A stretch of DNA of 64,000 nt from Chloropicon primus (taxonomy: Eukaryota), in NCBI GenBank assembly GCA_023205875.1, contig CP060755.1:124001-188000 (forward strand), read 5' to 3'. Below, piece after piece: positions 51,644 through 63,506 of the stretch. Position numbers and translations under genes: made by a program. The notes under the pieces are model-generated. The model saw nothing but the letters and a program-made list of their open reading frames with translations. It was not told where the DNA came from and ran no database searches. Numbering within the stretch: the stretch's first letter is position 1; the number at the start of each line of letters is the position of its first letter.

Positions 51644-52130
51644 TCACTTCGAGTTAAAGACGTTGTCCCAATCCCTTTGCGCAGTCTTGAAGTCCTTCAG
51701 TTCCCACATGCAGGGCTTCCGCTCCGGCTGGTCCGGTTCTTGGTGGAAGTTTGTCCCATACGTAATGCAGTCGTAAAACTCGCGCCACTTTCCAAAACAA
51801 TCGTCGAGCTCGCCGTACCTGTAGTACTGGGACATCTGATACACGGGCGCTGCGCGGCGCCGCGGGGACAGAACGGAAGTCATCGAATTGTCAGGGACCG
51901 CTCCTCGCCCGTCGCCCACTACTTCTTCTTCCAGGGCGTTCTGCACACACACACTCTCTGCACTTGCACGACTCGGGTTGCCACTTACAGTAACAAAAGT
52001 ACACCGCATCAAATTTGGTTGCGCACGAAGGCTTCGCCTTCTTCTCCATCGCAAGGGACGACGTCGATGCTGCCTCGGACGGAGCCGACGTCGACGCTGC
52101 CCCGGACTCGGACCCACCCCTGGTCGCCAT
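51644..52130 (-). CDS. Emi1/UPF0545-like small twin-Cys protein (exons 52130 or 52049 to 51989, 51849-51644)
   Basis: SCATKFDAVYFCYSPVYQMSQYYRYGELDDCFGKWREFYDC...MWEL. Confidence 0.85.
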
Positions 52131-52413
52131 GCCGACGACGAACGAACTTAAGGCTCCTCCTCCTCCTCGGGCGACGATCTGTGACGGCACTGCAGAGGCA
52201 GAGCGGGTGTTCGTGCGTGCGTCGGGGAAGAGGAGGAGGAGCTTTGTTTTGGGGGGAGGGGGCGAAGGGAATTGTGGGCCTGGCCGGGGGGTACGCGGTG
52301 GTGTGTGCTTGTTCGACGTCTTGTGCGGGAGGGGTTTGGCTCGTGCTCGTGCTCGTGGTTTGGTTTGGTTTCTTCAAGTGTGTGCGTGTGTGTGTGTGTG
52401 AGGGGAGAAGAAG

Positions 52414-53187
52414 ATGGCGCGACCGGAGGAGAAGGCCAAGTCCATGCTCAACCGCTGGTTGAAGGGCAAAGCGGAGGAGGGCGGATCGGGTCTGAAGCGG
52501 CGGCGGCGGCCGTACATGGCCAGCGAGTGCAAGGACCTGAACGAGTGTGACAAGTGGCGGTCCCAAGTCTTGAGGGATATCGGAGCCAAAGTGATGGAGA
52601 TTCAGAACTCTGCCCTTGAGGAGGGGAGGATAAGGGAGCTGAACGACGAGATCAACAAGCTCATGAAGGTCAAGTACGCGTGGGAGAAGCAGATCCTTAA
52701 GCTGGGCGGGCCGAACTACATCAAGCAAGCCGCCAAGGTCAGGGAGGGCGAGGGAGTCCAAGCTCCCGGCCAGGGGGGGGGCGGGCCCGCCTACAAGTAC
52801 TTTGGCGCCGCCCGGAACCTGCCGGGGGTGAAGGAGCTGTTCGAGAAGCCCAAGCAAGCGAAGAAGCCCAGGAAGACCAAGCACGAAATCCTGAAGGGCA
52901 TAGATCTGGACTACTACGGGTACAGGGACGAGGACGACGGCGTCCTGCTCCGGGTGGAGAAGGAGGCCGAGGAGGATGCCCAGAGGGTCGCCCTGGACGA
53001 GCTCGAGAAGGAACAGGCCTCGCGAGGAGCGAGTGGGAACGGGGAGGAGAGGAAGTCGTCGGCCTCCGCAGCAAACGGAGAGGAGGACGGCGACTTTGTG
53101 GCTTACGTCGACATTCCGGACGTGAAAACGATCGAGGAGACCGTCCTGGAGAAAAAGAAGCAGTACCTGCTCGCCAAGTACGGTTGA
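52414..53187 (+). CDS. ISY1: Pre-mRNA splicing factor ISY1
   Basis: MARPEEKAKSMLNRW, RIRELNDEINKL, LGGPNY, YKYFGAARNLPGVKELF, DYYGYRDEDDG. Confidence 0.97.
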   Translation: MARPEEKAKSMLNRWLKGKAEEGGSGLKRRRRPYMASECKDLNECDKWRSQVLRDIGAKVMEIQNSALEEGRIRELNDEINKLMKVKYAWEKQILKLGGPNYIKQAAKVREGEGVQAPGQGGGGPAYKYFGAARNLPGVKELFEKPKQAKKPRKTKHEILKGIDLDYYGYRDEDDGVLLRVEKEAEEDAQRVALDELEKEQASRGASGNGEERKSSASAANGEEDGDFVAYVDIPDVKTIEETVLEKKKQYLLAKYG

Positions 53188-53571
53188 GAACGAGTTTCCT
53201 TTCCTTCCTCGCAGAAAAATTAAAGGGAAAAAATCGTAATCCATCCGGTCCTTTGACTTTTGACCAAAATCTTGCTCCCCAGGACCTCGTTTTGGACTCT
53301 TCCTCGACTTTCTTCGCCGTCAGGAGCCCAAACGAAGCAAGCGAGGTGTCTGTGGAACGCTCGCGAGACGATCTTTCCAAAGATACTTTTCTCGAACGCT
53401 TCACCTTCCGTTACAGTGTTCTCCTTCGAAGGAGAAATTTTCATCTCCCCATCCCAGTTGTCCAAGGGATTTTGGAGAAATGCCTCCTCATAACAGCAGG
53501 CCGTCGTCGCCGATCGCGATTGGGAGGGGCCGCCGCGATCGCTCCCGTTGCTCTGCTGGGGACGAGTCGTC

Positions 53572-54906
53572 ATGGGGAAGGGAGCCCGTGTCGCCGCGTG
53601 CTTTGGTCTCTTCCTCGCGCTGTCGGCGGCGGGAGCTGCTTCGCACGGAAGCGGGCTCGATTGTTACGACGACTACGGGCGGCACAGCGTCAGCGTAGAG
53701 GTGGAGGAATCGTCAGCAGCTCCGGGGGGAGGGGGGAGGAGGGCCCTGCTGGCGACGGCCCTGATCGCGGACATGGCGATTCCTCTGCTCACGCCCGTCG
53801 TCGACCTGGCCCTCAAGCCGGTAGAGATCATCGCCTTGGAGTGGATCGTGAACCCGATAACGTACCAGATCAAGAGGAGTTACGCCGCCGAGGGGGGCGA
53901 CGTGCACGGCGGTCGAGGGAGCCCGAGCCCTCTCGAGGGCGGCGGCGTTCCGGAAGGGGGCGTGGGGGAGCCCCAGGAGCCCCCCGGGGAGGAGGTCGGC
54001 TTCTGGGGGAGCTTGGGCAGGAAGATCACGAGCATCTTCGTAATCGACGACGTGGATGACGAGGAGGAGGGGGTGATCGCGCTGCCCGAGGGCCCGATGG
54101 AGGTTTCCAAGAGCAACAAGGGCGTCATACTGATCGACGAGAACACTACGGTCGTCAGCACCACCAGCGAGTCCGGCCAGATGCACGTCGAGATGGTGCC
54201 AACCAGTGGTGGCGTGATCGGAGAGCCTGCTGCTGCGCGAAAGGTAGAGTCGCGGAGTGCTTTGCTGCGCAGGTACACCCCGGGGGGGGAGGACCAGTCG
54301 TGGAGGGAAAACAGCGTCTCTCTCAGCCGGTCTGCGAGCCGAGGCTCCTCCTCCCAATCCGCCGGTTGGGGTGGGCCGAAGAGGGCGATCGCGCCCGGGA
54401 AAGTTGCGCTGCTCAAGTGCGGCAAGATTCACTCCAGCGTCGGCCGGACCCGGGGCTCAAACGTGGACAGGCACGTCGTTTCCGGAAGCGAAGCATCGCT
54501 GGTGATGAAACTGGAAGGGTTCACGCCATTCAGCGCGGTCGTGCTCTTTGGTTCTCAGGAACTGCCCGGCGAGTTTGGACTTCCAACTCCCGTCGTCTCC
54601 AATGCCTTGCTGAGGCGCACGATTCGGTCGCTGGACGAGTCCCTGGCCGGAAGGCGGGTTGGGACAGAGTGCGACGGGGTGAGGCTGGGCCTGGGCGGCC
54701 TCGTCGACACCATTGATATGTCACTCGACACCCCGCACAAGATACTGCGGATTGTCAACCACACGAACGGGAAGGGGACAACTTTCGTGCAAAGGATGAA
54801 ATTCACGGAAAGGTACTGCACGGGTCCGCTTTACTTTCAGGCGCTGGACCTCGCAACTTGCAAATTGACGAGCGTGGTGAACGCCACCATGCCCACGATG
54901 CTGTAA
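53572..54906 (+). CDS. Hypothetical secreted protein
   Basis: Signal peptide (VAACFGLFLALSAAGAAS), RRALL motif, Cys-containing beta-rich C-terminal domain ending YFQALDLATCKLTSVV. Confidence 0.7.
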   Translation: MGKGARVAACFGLFLALSAAGAASHGSGLDCYDDYGRHSVSVEVEESSAAPGGGGRRALLATALIADMAIPLLTPVVDLALKPVEIIALEWIVNPITYQIKRSYAAEGGDVHGGRGSPSPLEGGGVPEGGVGEPQEPPGEEVGFWGSLGRKITSIFVIDDVDDEEEGVIALPEGPMEVSKSNKGVILIDENTTVVSTTSESGQMHVEMVPTSGGVIGEPAAARKVESRSALLRRYTPGGEDQSWRENSVSLSRSASRGSSSQSAGWGGPKRAIAPGKVALLKCGKIHSSVGRTRGSNVDRHVVSGSEASLVMKLEGFTPFSAVVLFGSQELPGEFGLPTPVVSNALLRRTIRSLDESLAGRRVGTECDGVRLGLGGLVDTIDMSLDTPHKILRIVNHTNGKGTTFVQRMKFTERYCTGPLYFQALDLATCKLTSVVNATMPTML

Positions 54907-55020
54907 TAGTTTATCTCTTTGTCTCTATATTTTGTTTCAAGTGTTTAGGGACACAAGAATGGTGCTACATATATCTGCCCCAGTTTGCCCTCGCACCCCC
55001 GCTTCCTTTGCCCAAGGGTC

Positions 55021-55992
55021 TCAGGATTCCTCCCCGGCCTCTCCTGACTCCCTCTCCGCTGGGGAGCTGGGAAGGCTGCCGTCGACGGCCTCGTAAGCAT
55101 TCCTCGCGAGGATCAAGCTCCTTATCCCCTTGATGACCTTGGCTGTCCTGGATGCGGCCATGGCGACCACGGGCCTGTCGTAATTGTTCATGTCCGCTCG
55201 CTTTCTCAGGACGGTCTTCATGGTGTTGGTGGCAGCTGGCACGACGCGCTCCTTCACGACGGGGTACACGTTGTCCTTCACGTAGTAGGCACCATCTTTC
55301 ACGGCTCCGCTCGTCGCGACGATTGTCCTCGCAGACGTTCGAAGGCCCCTGGTCAGATCGTTGCTCAGCTCCCCTATCTCTTCCACGCAGTCCGAAATCT
55401 CAACCCCAGACAGCCTCACCGCCGCGAGAGTGTCCGGGGTCTCCTCCCTCAGCACCCTCGCCAGAAGGGCAATCTCCTCCGCGGCCTGCTTCAAGCTCTG
55501 CAAACGCGCGCACGCACACACACACACACACACACCAAAAGTCAGTCCTCCGTTATGGAAGAGAGCGAGGAGGATCACCGCACTCGAGCGCCGAGGGCGT
55601 CCCCTCGCGCACCCCCTTCACAACAGCTGCACACGCACCTTGATTGCGGGAATTAAGCTGCATATCAGCGCTGCAGTCGCCACCGAGAGCGAGCAAGCTA
55701 TCACGCTGACCGAAAACACGAGTTGAGAAACGAGCGGCGCCCCCGCGGTCGCCTTCCTCGCCAGACTCAGGCCGCCCACCAGCGGACTCTCCGCCTGTAC
55801 TGTCGAGGTCGAGGTCGAGGTCGAGGTCGAGGTGACTTCCCCCCCATTATTCTGATTACTGTTGTTCGGCCTCCTCGCCCGCGCCAAGGCCGTCCCCCCC
55901 TTGTTCGGCCTCCTCCTCCCCGTCCGATTCCCCATCCCCCGCGCCCGGATCACTCCGCAAGGCCGCGTCGCACTACTCGTCACAGGCGCCAT
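55021..55992 (-). CDS. Conserved plastid single-TM protein (exons 55992-55639, 55497-55021)
   Basis: Transit peptide, TM helix, then LIPAIK | SLKQAAEE...LREETPDTLAAVRLSGVEISD, a motif seen in cyanobacterial/plant DUF948-like proteins. Confidence 0.75.
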
Positions 55993-56095
55993 CCTCCCCT
56001 GTGTTCTGTTCTTCCACTTTTTCCCTCCCAAGCGCCATGCAAAATGTAAATCGAAACGGTTTTCAGCGCAGAGGGGTGAAACGGTCAGAGGGAGG

Positions 56096-56126
<31 letters not shown>

Positions 56127-56167
56127 GGAGGGGAGGCGTGGCCAGGGAGCCTGGGTTATCGTTGGGG

Positions 56168-57595
56168 ATGATGATGAATCACGCGATAGAGGTCCCGCCT
56201 ACGGCGGAGACGGAGGAGAGGAGGGACAGTTACCTGAGGCATTCGGAGCTGTTGGTGGATGCGGATAGCGCCGAGGACCCGGTGGAGAGGATGCTTATCG
56301 TGTGCCGGCTTCTGTTTTCGTTCTGCTGCGACATACTGAGGACGAGCGACAAGGTGACAGACGTCCCGATTCCGACGCTGGGTTACCACCACATCGCGCG
56401 GGAGGAGCTCGGCACGTGCCCGGGGGGCAACCTCCGCTTGCACCTGCAGGAGATTTGCACCTTCAGCTCCCAAACGCAAGCCGCCGCGCTCTCCCACCAG
56501 AAGGGCGTGGTGAGGACCACCATGACGATTGCTCTCAGGCCGTGGGCGAGGACGAAGGGTATGCTTCTCCCTGGAAGCAAGAGCGTTCAGATTTGCCTCG
56601 AGGGTGGCGCGGTGGTGCAGCTCGACAGGTACCGAGAGGAGTACACCATGACCTTTCCGTCTCTCGTCATCCACTCCCCGCTGACGGAGGACTCGATCGC
56701 GGACTTTGCCGGGCAGGCCGGCATCACCTGCATCGAGAGCGGCCTGGAAGCGAAGCTGAACTTCAAGGCAAACCACGCCGTGAAGGGCGTCGTGCAGCAG
56801 ATCACTTCCAAGGGGTCGTCCATGGAGATGCTCCTCCCGGACTCGTTGAAGACGAAAGTCTTGCACCAGCTCACCGGGAGGTGGGACAAGCGCATCACGA
56901 TCACGAACAGAAATCCGGAGAAGCCTCCACTTATCGAAGACCAGCCAGGGAATTTGCTGTTCGACGCTCACCAAGACCAGGGGAACGGGTGCTACATTAA
57001 CAAGAGGCTAGACATCGGGGTAAGTTTGCTCTCTCTCTCTCTCTCTCGCTCGCTCTCCGTGGGGGCACAGTTCGCGCACGTGTGCTGACGGTTGGATCCT
57101 TCCTTGTTTCTCGCGATTTTTCGGTGGCCACAGCGCCTCGGGCCTCTTCAGCTGCCAAAACTCTGGAGCGCTTTCCACGATGCGCTCATGTCCATCGATC
57201 CGGAGAGGTCCGCGAACACGGCGACGGCGAGAAAGCTTGGGGTCGACCTCCAGTCTCAGCTCCCATTGTACTACGGCCTCCACTTTAACGAGAGGGAGCA
57301 GAAGAGGCAGACGAGTGACAGCGAGGAGGAGGAGGAGGAGGAGGAGGAGAAAATCGACCTCAGGATGAGACTACCGCCCTGCATCGAGGAGCAGAAAGAA
57401 GGTGGGGGCAGGCTGCACTACCAGCTCTCTTATTCTGTCGTTTTCCTTACGCCGGATGAGATGGACGAGCAAGTGCCAGTGCCGTTCTCGCCCACGCAAG
57501 CCCAGCAGCTGACCCAGCAGCAGCAGCGCGAAGACGAGCTCAACTCCAGCAAGCCGTCCACATCGGGCCACGGGGAGATCGTCCCGGCGATGTGA
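56168..57595 (+). CDS. Divergent oxysterol-binding-protein-related (ORD-like) protein (exons 56168-57019, 57134-57595)
   Basis: ELLVDA...DPVERML.VCR, EEYTMTFP, ITCIESGLEAKLNFK, H.VKGVV, LTGRWDKRI. Confidence 0.7.
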
Positions 57596-57664
57596 GGGAG
57601 AGAGGGAGAGTTGGGGCGTTGCGGTGATAAAAGTACTTGGATCGAACGTGTCGTTACACCCTTA

Positions 57665-58537
57665 TCAGTCGTCGTCGCTCCCTTCAGTCTTCTTCTTGCA
57701 ATCCACGAAAAGGGCCACGATGTCCTGCTCAAGCTCCTTGAAGGCGCCCTCGTCGAACTCTCCGACGATCTGCAGCAGCTTGACGTAAACCTCCATGTCG
57801 TCCTCGCCGAGGGCCTCCAGAGCCCTCTTCAGCACCACCTTAGCGATGGCGCCGTTGGCGATCTTGGCGCTGTACTTCACCTTGGACTCCCCGTCCAGCT
57901 CCACGACTTCTTTCCTCAGCTGCATCCGCCTCGCCACCAGGAGCTCGAACTTGAAGTACTCGTACCAGAGCTCCGCCGACTTCTTGCATATCCTGAGCCC
58001 CTGCTGCAGCAGGGACCTCGCGGCGTTCTCGTTCCTGTGCCCGTTGAACTCCCAGGACGCGGCCTCGACCCACATGCCCGGCTTGTTGGGGTGCAGCTGC
58101 AGGGCCTTGGTCAGCGTCCTCGAGAACGTCTTGGACCCCCCGTGGGACTTGCAGAACTCGAAGTAAGCCTTCCAGAGGCGAACGTCCCCGCTGAACTTGT
58201 TGATCGCCCTCGAGAAGATGAAGTGCATCCGCTTCACGATGCAGAACTCCGCCTTCCCCTTGGTCTTCCTCCTGATCTTTCCGCTCTTCGCCGCCTCCAC
58301 GGCCCTCGGCGACTTCATCCTCAGCTGCCTCAGCTCCTCGAGCTTGGTCTCGTACTCGAGGTACCTCATGAAGTCCGCCGCCGTCGTTTTCCCCCCGGAC
58401 CGCCTTATCGCGTACTCGCACTCCGTCCGCCGCTTCACCACCTCCTGGAGCTCCTGCCTCGTGAACAGCCCCCGCTCGTGCAGGGCGTCCAGCTCCGGGA
58501 CCATGGACTCCAACACGTTTCGCACCGCGTCCGCCAT
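57665..58537 (-). CDS. UTP6: U3 snoRNA-associated protein 6 (short form)
   Basis: MADAVRNVLESMVPEL...GLFTRQE...KRRTECEY...DFMRYLEYE; HAT repeats KFSGDVRLW, ALQLHP...W..AASWEF, ARSLLQQGLR. Confidence 0.9.
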   Translation of the reverse strand: MADAVRNVLESMVPELDALHERGLFTRQELQEVVKRRTECEYAIRRSGGKTTAADFMRYLEYETKLEELRQLRMKSPRAVEAAKSGKIRRKTKGKAEFCIVKRMHFIFSRAINKFSGDVRLWKAYFEFCKSHGGSKTFSRTLTKALQLHPNKPGMWVEAASWEFNGHRNENAARSLLQQGLRICKKSAELWYEYFKFELLVARRMQLRKEVVELDGESKVKYSAKIANGAIAKVVLKRALEALGEDDMEVYVKLLQIVGEFDEGAFKELEQDIVALFVDCKKKTEGSDDD

Positions 58538-59201
58538 CCTCCCCCCCCTTTTCCCAACCCAGCAAACGACGCCAACAAGGACGCCGACGACGCCAATTCA
58601 CCTTCCCAACGGGTGGTCGTCCCGTCCTTTTCCAAACGAGATCCCCACAAACCAAGTCAAGTCAAGTCCCCCTCTCGATCCCCGCCCGAGGTCTGCACCC
58701 TCCTCTCTCTCTTCTGTTCTCTTGTTCTTGTTCATGGAATGTTTCCAAATGGAAAAGTCCCTTCTTCCGCCGTCCGTCCTTCAAGACGAGAGTAGAAAAA
58801 CGGTCTTGTTGGGGTCGGTGCGGTCCTCCACCTCAACGGATCTCTCAAGGGGGAAGGGCGACTGAGAACCCTACAGCGAGAGGGAGAGAGCGAAACGAGA
58901 GAGCGAGACGAGCACCCGCACGAGGAGCAGAGGACAGGAACGACTGCGACTGGGACTGGGACTGGGGAGACTAAACTCAGTGAACGGGAGAGGTGAACGT
59001 GGTGAGAAGGAGGTCACGGAACCTGCGGTGCGGCCACGGAAGTAGGAGGGGACGACGAGAAGATACGGGGGAGAGGACGACGACGGAGGTTGTGGTCTTG
59101 AAGAGCTACGACTCGACTGTCTTGTCTTGTCTTGTCGCGAGGGTCTTTGTTCGTGTGAGCGTTAGTGTATCTCTTGAAGGCGAACCGGGGTGGAAGAGAA
59201 G

Positions 59202-60160
59202 ATGTTTATTATCAACTGGTGAGTGGGCTGGAGACTTTGGGGAGGGCGCTCGGGACTCGTCCGACGCGCGCCACGTGTGCTCGTCCACCCCGATCCCCGA
59301 TCCTCGGGGGGGGTCCCTTCGCTCGAAGTCGCTCTCGGGGCTCAAAGCTGACTCTTCGCTGCCTTCCTCGCTTCGCCTCAGGTTCTACGGCGTGTTGAGT
59401 TCTTTGGGCCTCCTCAATAAGAACGCTAAAATTCTTTTTCTGGTAGGTGGCCCTGTCATGTCATTGGGTGGTTCTTTGCTGGTCCGTTCGGGCGGGCCCC
59501 GAGGCGATCGAAGCGCGCTTGATCGTCGGGAGAGGCCAGACCCCCCGGGCGCGAGTTCCCGAAGCTGGAAGCTGACCCTCTTTTTCTTCTTCTTCTTCTT
59601 CTTCTTCATTCTTGGATGTTGGTGGTGTGTGGCTTCCCCCCGCTCGCTCCTCGCAGGGTCTCGATAATGCGGGAAAGACGACCTTGATGCACATGCTGAA
59701 GGACGACAGGCTGGGGCAGCACCAGCCGACGCAGTACCCCACGTCGGAGGAGCTTCAGATGGGTGGGATCAACTTCAAGGCCTTTGATTTGGGTGGGCAC
59801 GACATTGCAAGAAGAGTGTGGAGGGACTATTACGCCGAGGTCGACGCCGTAGTTTTCCTTGTGGACGCCACGGACAGGGAGAGATTCCCTGAGAGTAAGA
59901 AGGAGCTGGACGGCTTGTTGTCCGAGGATGCCCTGAGCAAGGTGCCATTCCTTTTGCTGGGAAACAAGATTGATATTCCAACCGCAGCGTCGGAGGACGA
60001 GATCAGGCACTACATGGGCTTGACCAACTACACCACAGGAAAGGGCAAGGTTAGCCTCGAGGAGACGAATATTAGACCAATCGAGGTTTTCATGTGCAGT
60101 GTCGTGAGGCGCATGGGCTATAGAGAAGGCTTCCAGTGGCTTTCGCAATACATCAAGTAA
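59202..60160 (+). CDS. SAR1: COPII small GTPase SAR1 (exons 59202-59218, 59382-59442, 59657-60160)
   Basis: [36 protein letters not shown]...FDLGGH...LGNKID...WLSQYIK. Confidence 0.98.
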
Positions 60161-60334
60161 GCCGGCCTGAAAAAACTGCAGAGAGGTGCTTTTATGAATA
60201 AGAATTAGGCGTTAGAATTTTCGAACCCACCTCCCCGTGTTCCCCTCCCCTCCCTCCCTTCTCTCCCCCCTGCCCTCTTTTGAGACCGCGGTGTTGGACC
60301 GCTCGAACATCAGCATCAGCTAAGCTCCTCCAAG

Positions 60335-61537
60335 ATGGCGCCTTTGGCGTTGTACCTCCTCGCAGTGTGGTTCTTGCTCGCCGCGGTGGGGAGCGCGGAG
60401 GTGAGCAATGGGGAGGCTCCGATTCAGTACAAGTCCTACCACGACTTGGACGCCTTCGAGCTGGTGCGGGAGGGGAACTCCGAGGTCCTCGAGCAACTCT
60501 TGGCCCTCAAGGAGATTGACGTAAACAGGCGGGAAGCCAGTGGGAAGACGCTGCTCCACTACGCGGCGGAGAAGGGCCAAGCCGTCGTCGTGGATGTGCT
60601 CCTACAGTTCGGGGCCAAGGTGGAACTGCGGGACAGGAGCACGGGGAGCACTTGTCTCCTCGCCGCCGTCACGGCAGAGGATGCGGAAATCACAATGCTT
60701 TTGTTGGGGCATAACGCCTCCCCGGACGACAGGTAAGCCTCGCTTCTGCAGCCCCCATCACCTGTTTTGACTCACCAGGTGAAAACAAATCGACTCGCTT
60801 GCCAAGATGGCGCGACTCTGACTCTCCCCTCCTTGGACTGGTGCAGGAACTCGGCGGGCGTGTCTGCGAGATCCCTTGCGACGGAGAAGAAGTATGGAGA
60901 ACTCTTGACGCTCATGGACGAGTTTGACGCTTCCGGCCCTGTGGCCTTTGAAGACCGTCCTGGGACCTGGCTCGTCTTCTCCGAAGGCAATCGAAAGTAC
61001 TACCAAAACGCGGACACGCAAGAATCGAGGTGGTCGGTCCCGACCTCCTGCGCGTGGCTTAGGCAGAGCAAGCAAGGGATCTACGTTTACTACAATTTCG
61101 TGACCAAGCAAGTCATCTGGACGCGCCCGGACTCTCTGTGCTGGAAGTTCATCGTGAACAAGAACCAGGAGAGGCCCATGTGGTTCAACTACCGGACCAA
61201 GCACATGCAGGCCGAAGTTCCGGGAGAGTTGCCTGGCGAGCTCGTGGGTGAGCTCATGGACGAGGGTTCCACCTTTTGGTTCAACGAGGCGTCAGGGGAC
61301 ATGGCGTGGGAGGAGCCCAAGGAAATATCATGGAGGAAGGTCGTGGACGAGAGGGGGGGAGTCTTCTGGTTCAATCAGAGAACAGGGTTGTCACAATGGG
61401 ATGACCCCGTTGACATGGCCTGGAGGGAGGAATTCAGTCAGAAGGAGAAGAAGCATTACTACTGGAACGAGTACACCGGGGAGGCCGCGTTCGGGAAGCC
61501 GGAGCCTATCGCTTGGACCATGAAGAAGGAGCTGTAG
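60335..61537 (+). CDS. Signal peptide + ankyrin repeats + tandem WW-like repeats protein (exons 60335-60732, 60847-61537)
   Basis: Hydrophobic N-terminus; GKTLLHYAAEKG and GSTCLLAAV ankyrins; repeats YYQNADTQESRWSVP, YYNFVTKQVIWTRP, FWFNEASGDMAWEEP, FWFNQRTGLSQWDDP, YYWNEYTGEAAFGKP; ends KKEL. Confidence 0.85.
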
Positions 61538-61593
61538 GATGACGACTGTAAAAAAAAATAATAAACTCAACTTCAACCAATCAACAAAACCAA

Positions 61594-63070
61594 TCAAGAG
61601 AGTTGCGAGGTGATGACTCGGTGGAGATCCGAACGAGCCTCCGGAATACCCTTGAAGGAGGGAAAGTAATTTACATCGATAATCGCGATCTTTCCCGAGC
61701 CCCTCGCTTTCAGGGCGTCAAACCCGAACAAATGCACCCCCAGCTTATTCCTCAGCCACTTTCCACACTCACAGAGGATGGCCCTGTCCTCCTCACTGAC
61801 CGGATAATACCCGCCGCCCGGATCCCCGGGGCTCCTGCTCTTTGCCTCCAAGCTATCAAACACTGTGATCGGGCCAGGGTCCTCGCCCTTGTCCAGCGTG
61901 CCAAGCCTTCTCTTCGAAACGTGGATCGCATCCCCGATGCAGTAAACTTTTGTTTCATGTCCATCGTGGTCGATGTAGTCCTGGACCACCAGATCTCTGT
62001 ATTCGTTGTAGCACGACTCCAGGGCCGGGTCGAGATCCACCGGCTCCTCTGTCCTCACAATAATCTACGAAAGGCAGAGAGCGTGTCAGGCGAGGGGAGG
62101 CACGGACAAGAACAAGTTGCGCGAAACTTACCATCTTGTGCGAGAAGGACACGCCACACGCAGCATTCGATTTCACGATGAGAGGGACCTTTCCCTTGAA
62201 GTCCCTCCCAGCGCCCCCGAAAGGGATCGTGGCCGGTACTATCAAGCGATCGGAGAGGCCCAGGTCCGGGTCCCCCAAGCCCATGAGAAGCTTGTGCATT
62301 TCTGTCCTGCTCCATAGGGCAGAGGTCCGTTCGATAGAATCCAACCAAGGAATTTTCGCACCAGCCAGCGAATCGAACACGCTCGGAAGGGACACGGTCA
62401 CGTCCAATCCAGAGCTGCCTAGGACAATCCAGTCCGAGGCCTTGTGCATCAAAAGATCAAACTTGCAGCGCCTCTGCTGGAGGTCGAAAGGCGTCGCGTG
62501 ATCAACTGGGACGAAGGATACTCCATTGATGGCCTTGAGGTGCAGGAGACCTTGCCTCGAGAGGGAGGACTCTCGAGAGGGCCTCATGATGTACCCCACT
62601 ACCACCACACGCTCTGCACCGTCCCGCGACCCGCCCTCCTCGCGACTCTTCAAGTAGCTCGAAAAAATGCGTTGCAGCAGGGAGGTTGGAGACGAGAGTC
62701 CACCGGCGTTGCCTGGAGTGCAAGCGATCAATTCCACGTTCATTCTCCCGGCCGCAGAGCGCATGGCGTCGTCCCTGCTGTCGCAGAAGAGCAGCGCCCT
62801 CCTCCCCCCCGCCGAGTTCAGCGCCCCAGAGGAACTGAGCGCGTAGAGCAGGGCAACCTTCGCAGTCCTTTCCGTTATGATCAAGAGTTGATTGCTCTTT
62901 ACGAGTCCCCTGGCCTTCCTGATCTCCTTGTCGGTCCTCCCGTAGGCCACAAACCATGCCCGAATCCCTTGATTCGCGATCACTTCCGCCAGCATCGACA
63001 CTTGCCCCGCATTACCCCTCCACAACTTGTCCAGGGCCTCGACCTGGAACACAACAGCAAGGTCTCCCAT
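61594..63070 (-). CDS. Inositol 1,3,4-trisphosphate 5/6-kinase (ITPK, ATP-grasp) with N-terminal extension (exons 63070-62132, 62064-61594)
   Basis: VGYIMRPSRE, DLLMHKASD, PLIVKSNAACGVSFSHKM, VVQDYIDH..KVYCIG, LFGFD, IIDVNYFPSFK. Confidence 0.9.
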
Positions 63071-63506
63071 CTCTTCGCCGCCGCCAAACCTTATCGCCGA
63101 TAGGTGGAGGCCTCCCCTGCCACTTTACCCCAGCATGATACCCCTCCGTTCATGCCACCGGGACGAGTGCCCAGACTTCCACAACCCGCGCTAGGCCCTG
63201 TGCACTCCTTCCATCCCCCTCTCGTATCGGACCGTCATCAATCCGTCTCCCTCTTCTGCCTCGTCCCCTCCTCCTTTACACAGCAGAGCTCCGGGCCAAG
63301 GGCGCCAAGCGAGGTGTTTCGGTCGACCGAAAGCTTACCGGACCCCTCTCGTCGCGTATCCACCCACCCTCGCCGTTCCCCTCCTCTGCTGAAACGCCAA
63401 AGTCCAGTCCACCCACCGAGGCCGAGGGGAGGAGTGGAGTGGAGTGGAGTGCGTTCACCGGCGATCGTTGAGGAGAGTTGAGGAGAGAGGAGAGAGGAGG
63501 GGAGCG

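Noticed and set aside
53419..53436. Perfect 18-bp palindrome TTCTCCTTCGAAGGAGAA
   Set aside because: Single short occurrence with no flanking element structure; no function can be supported.
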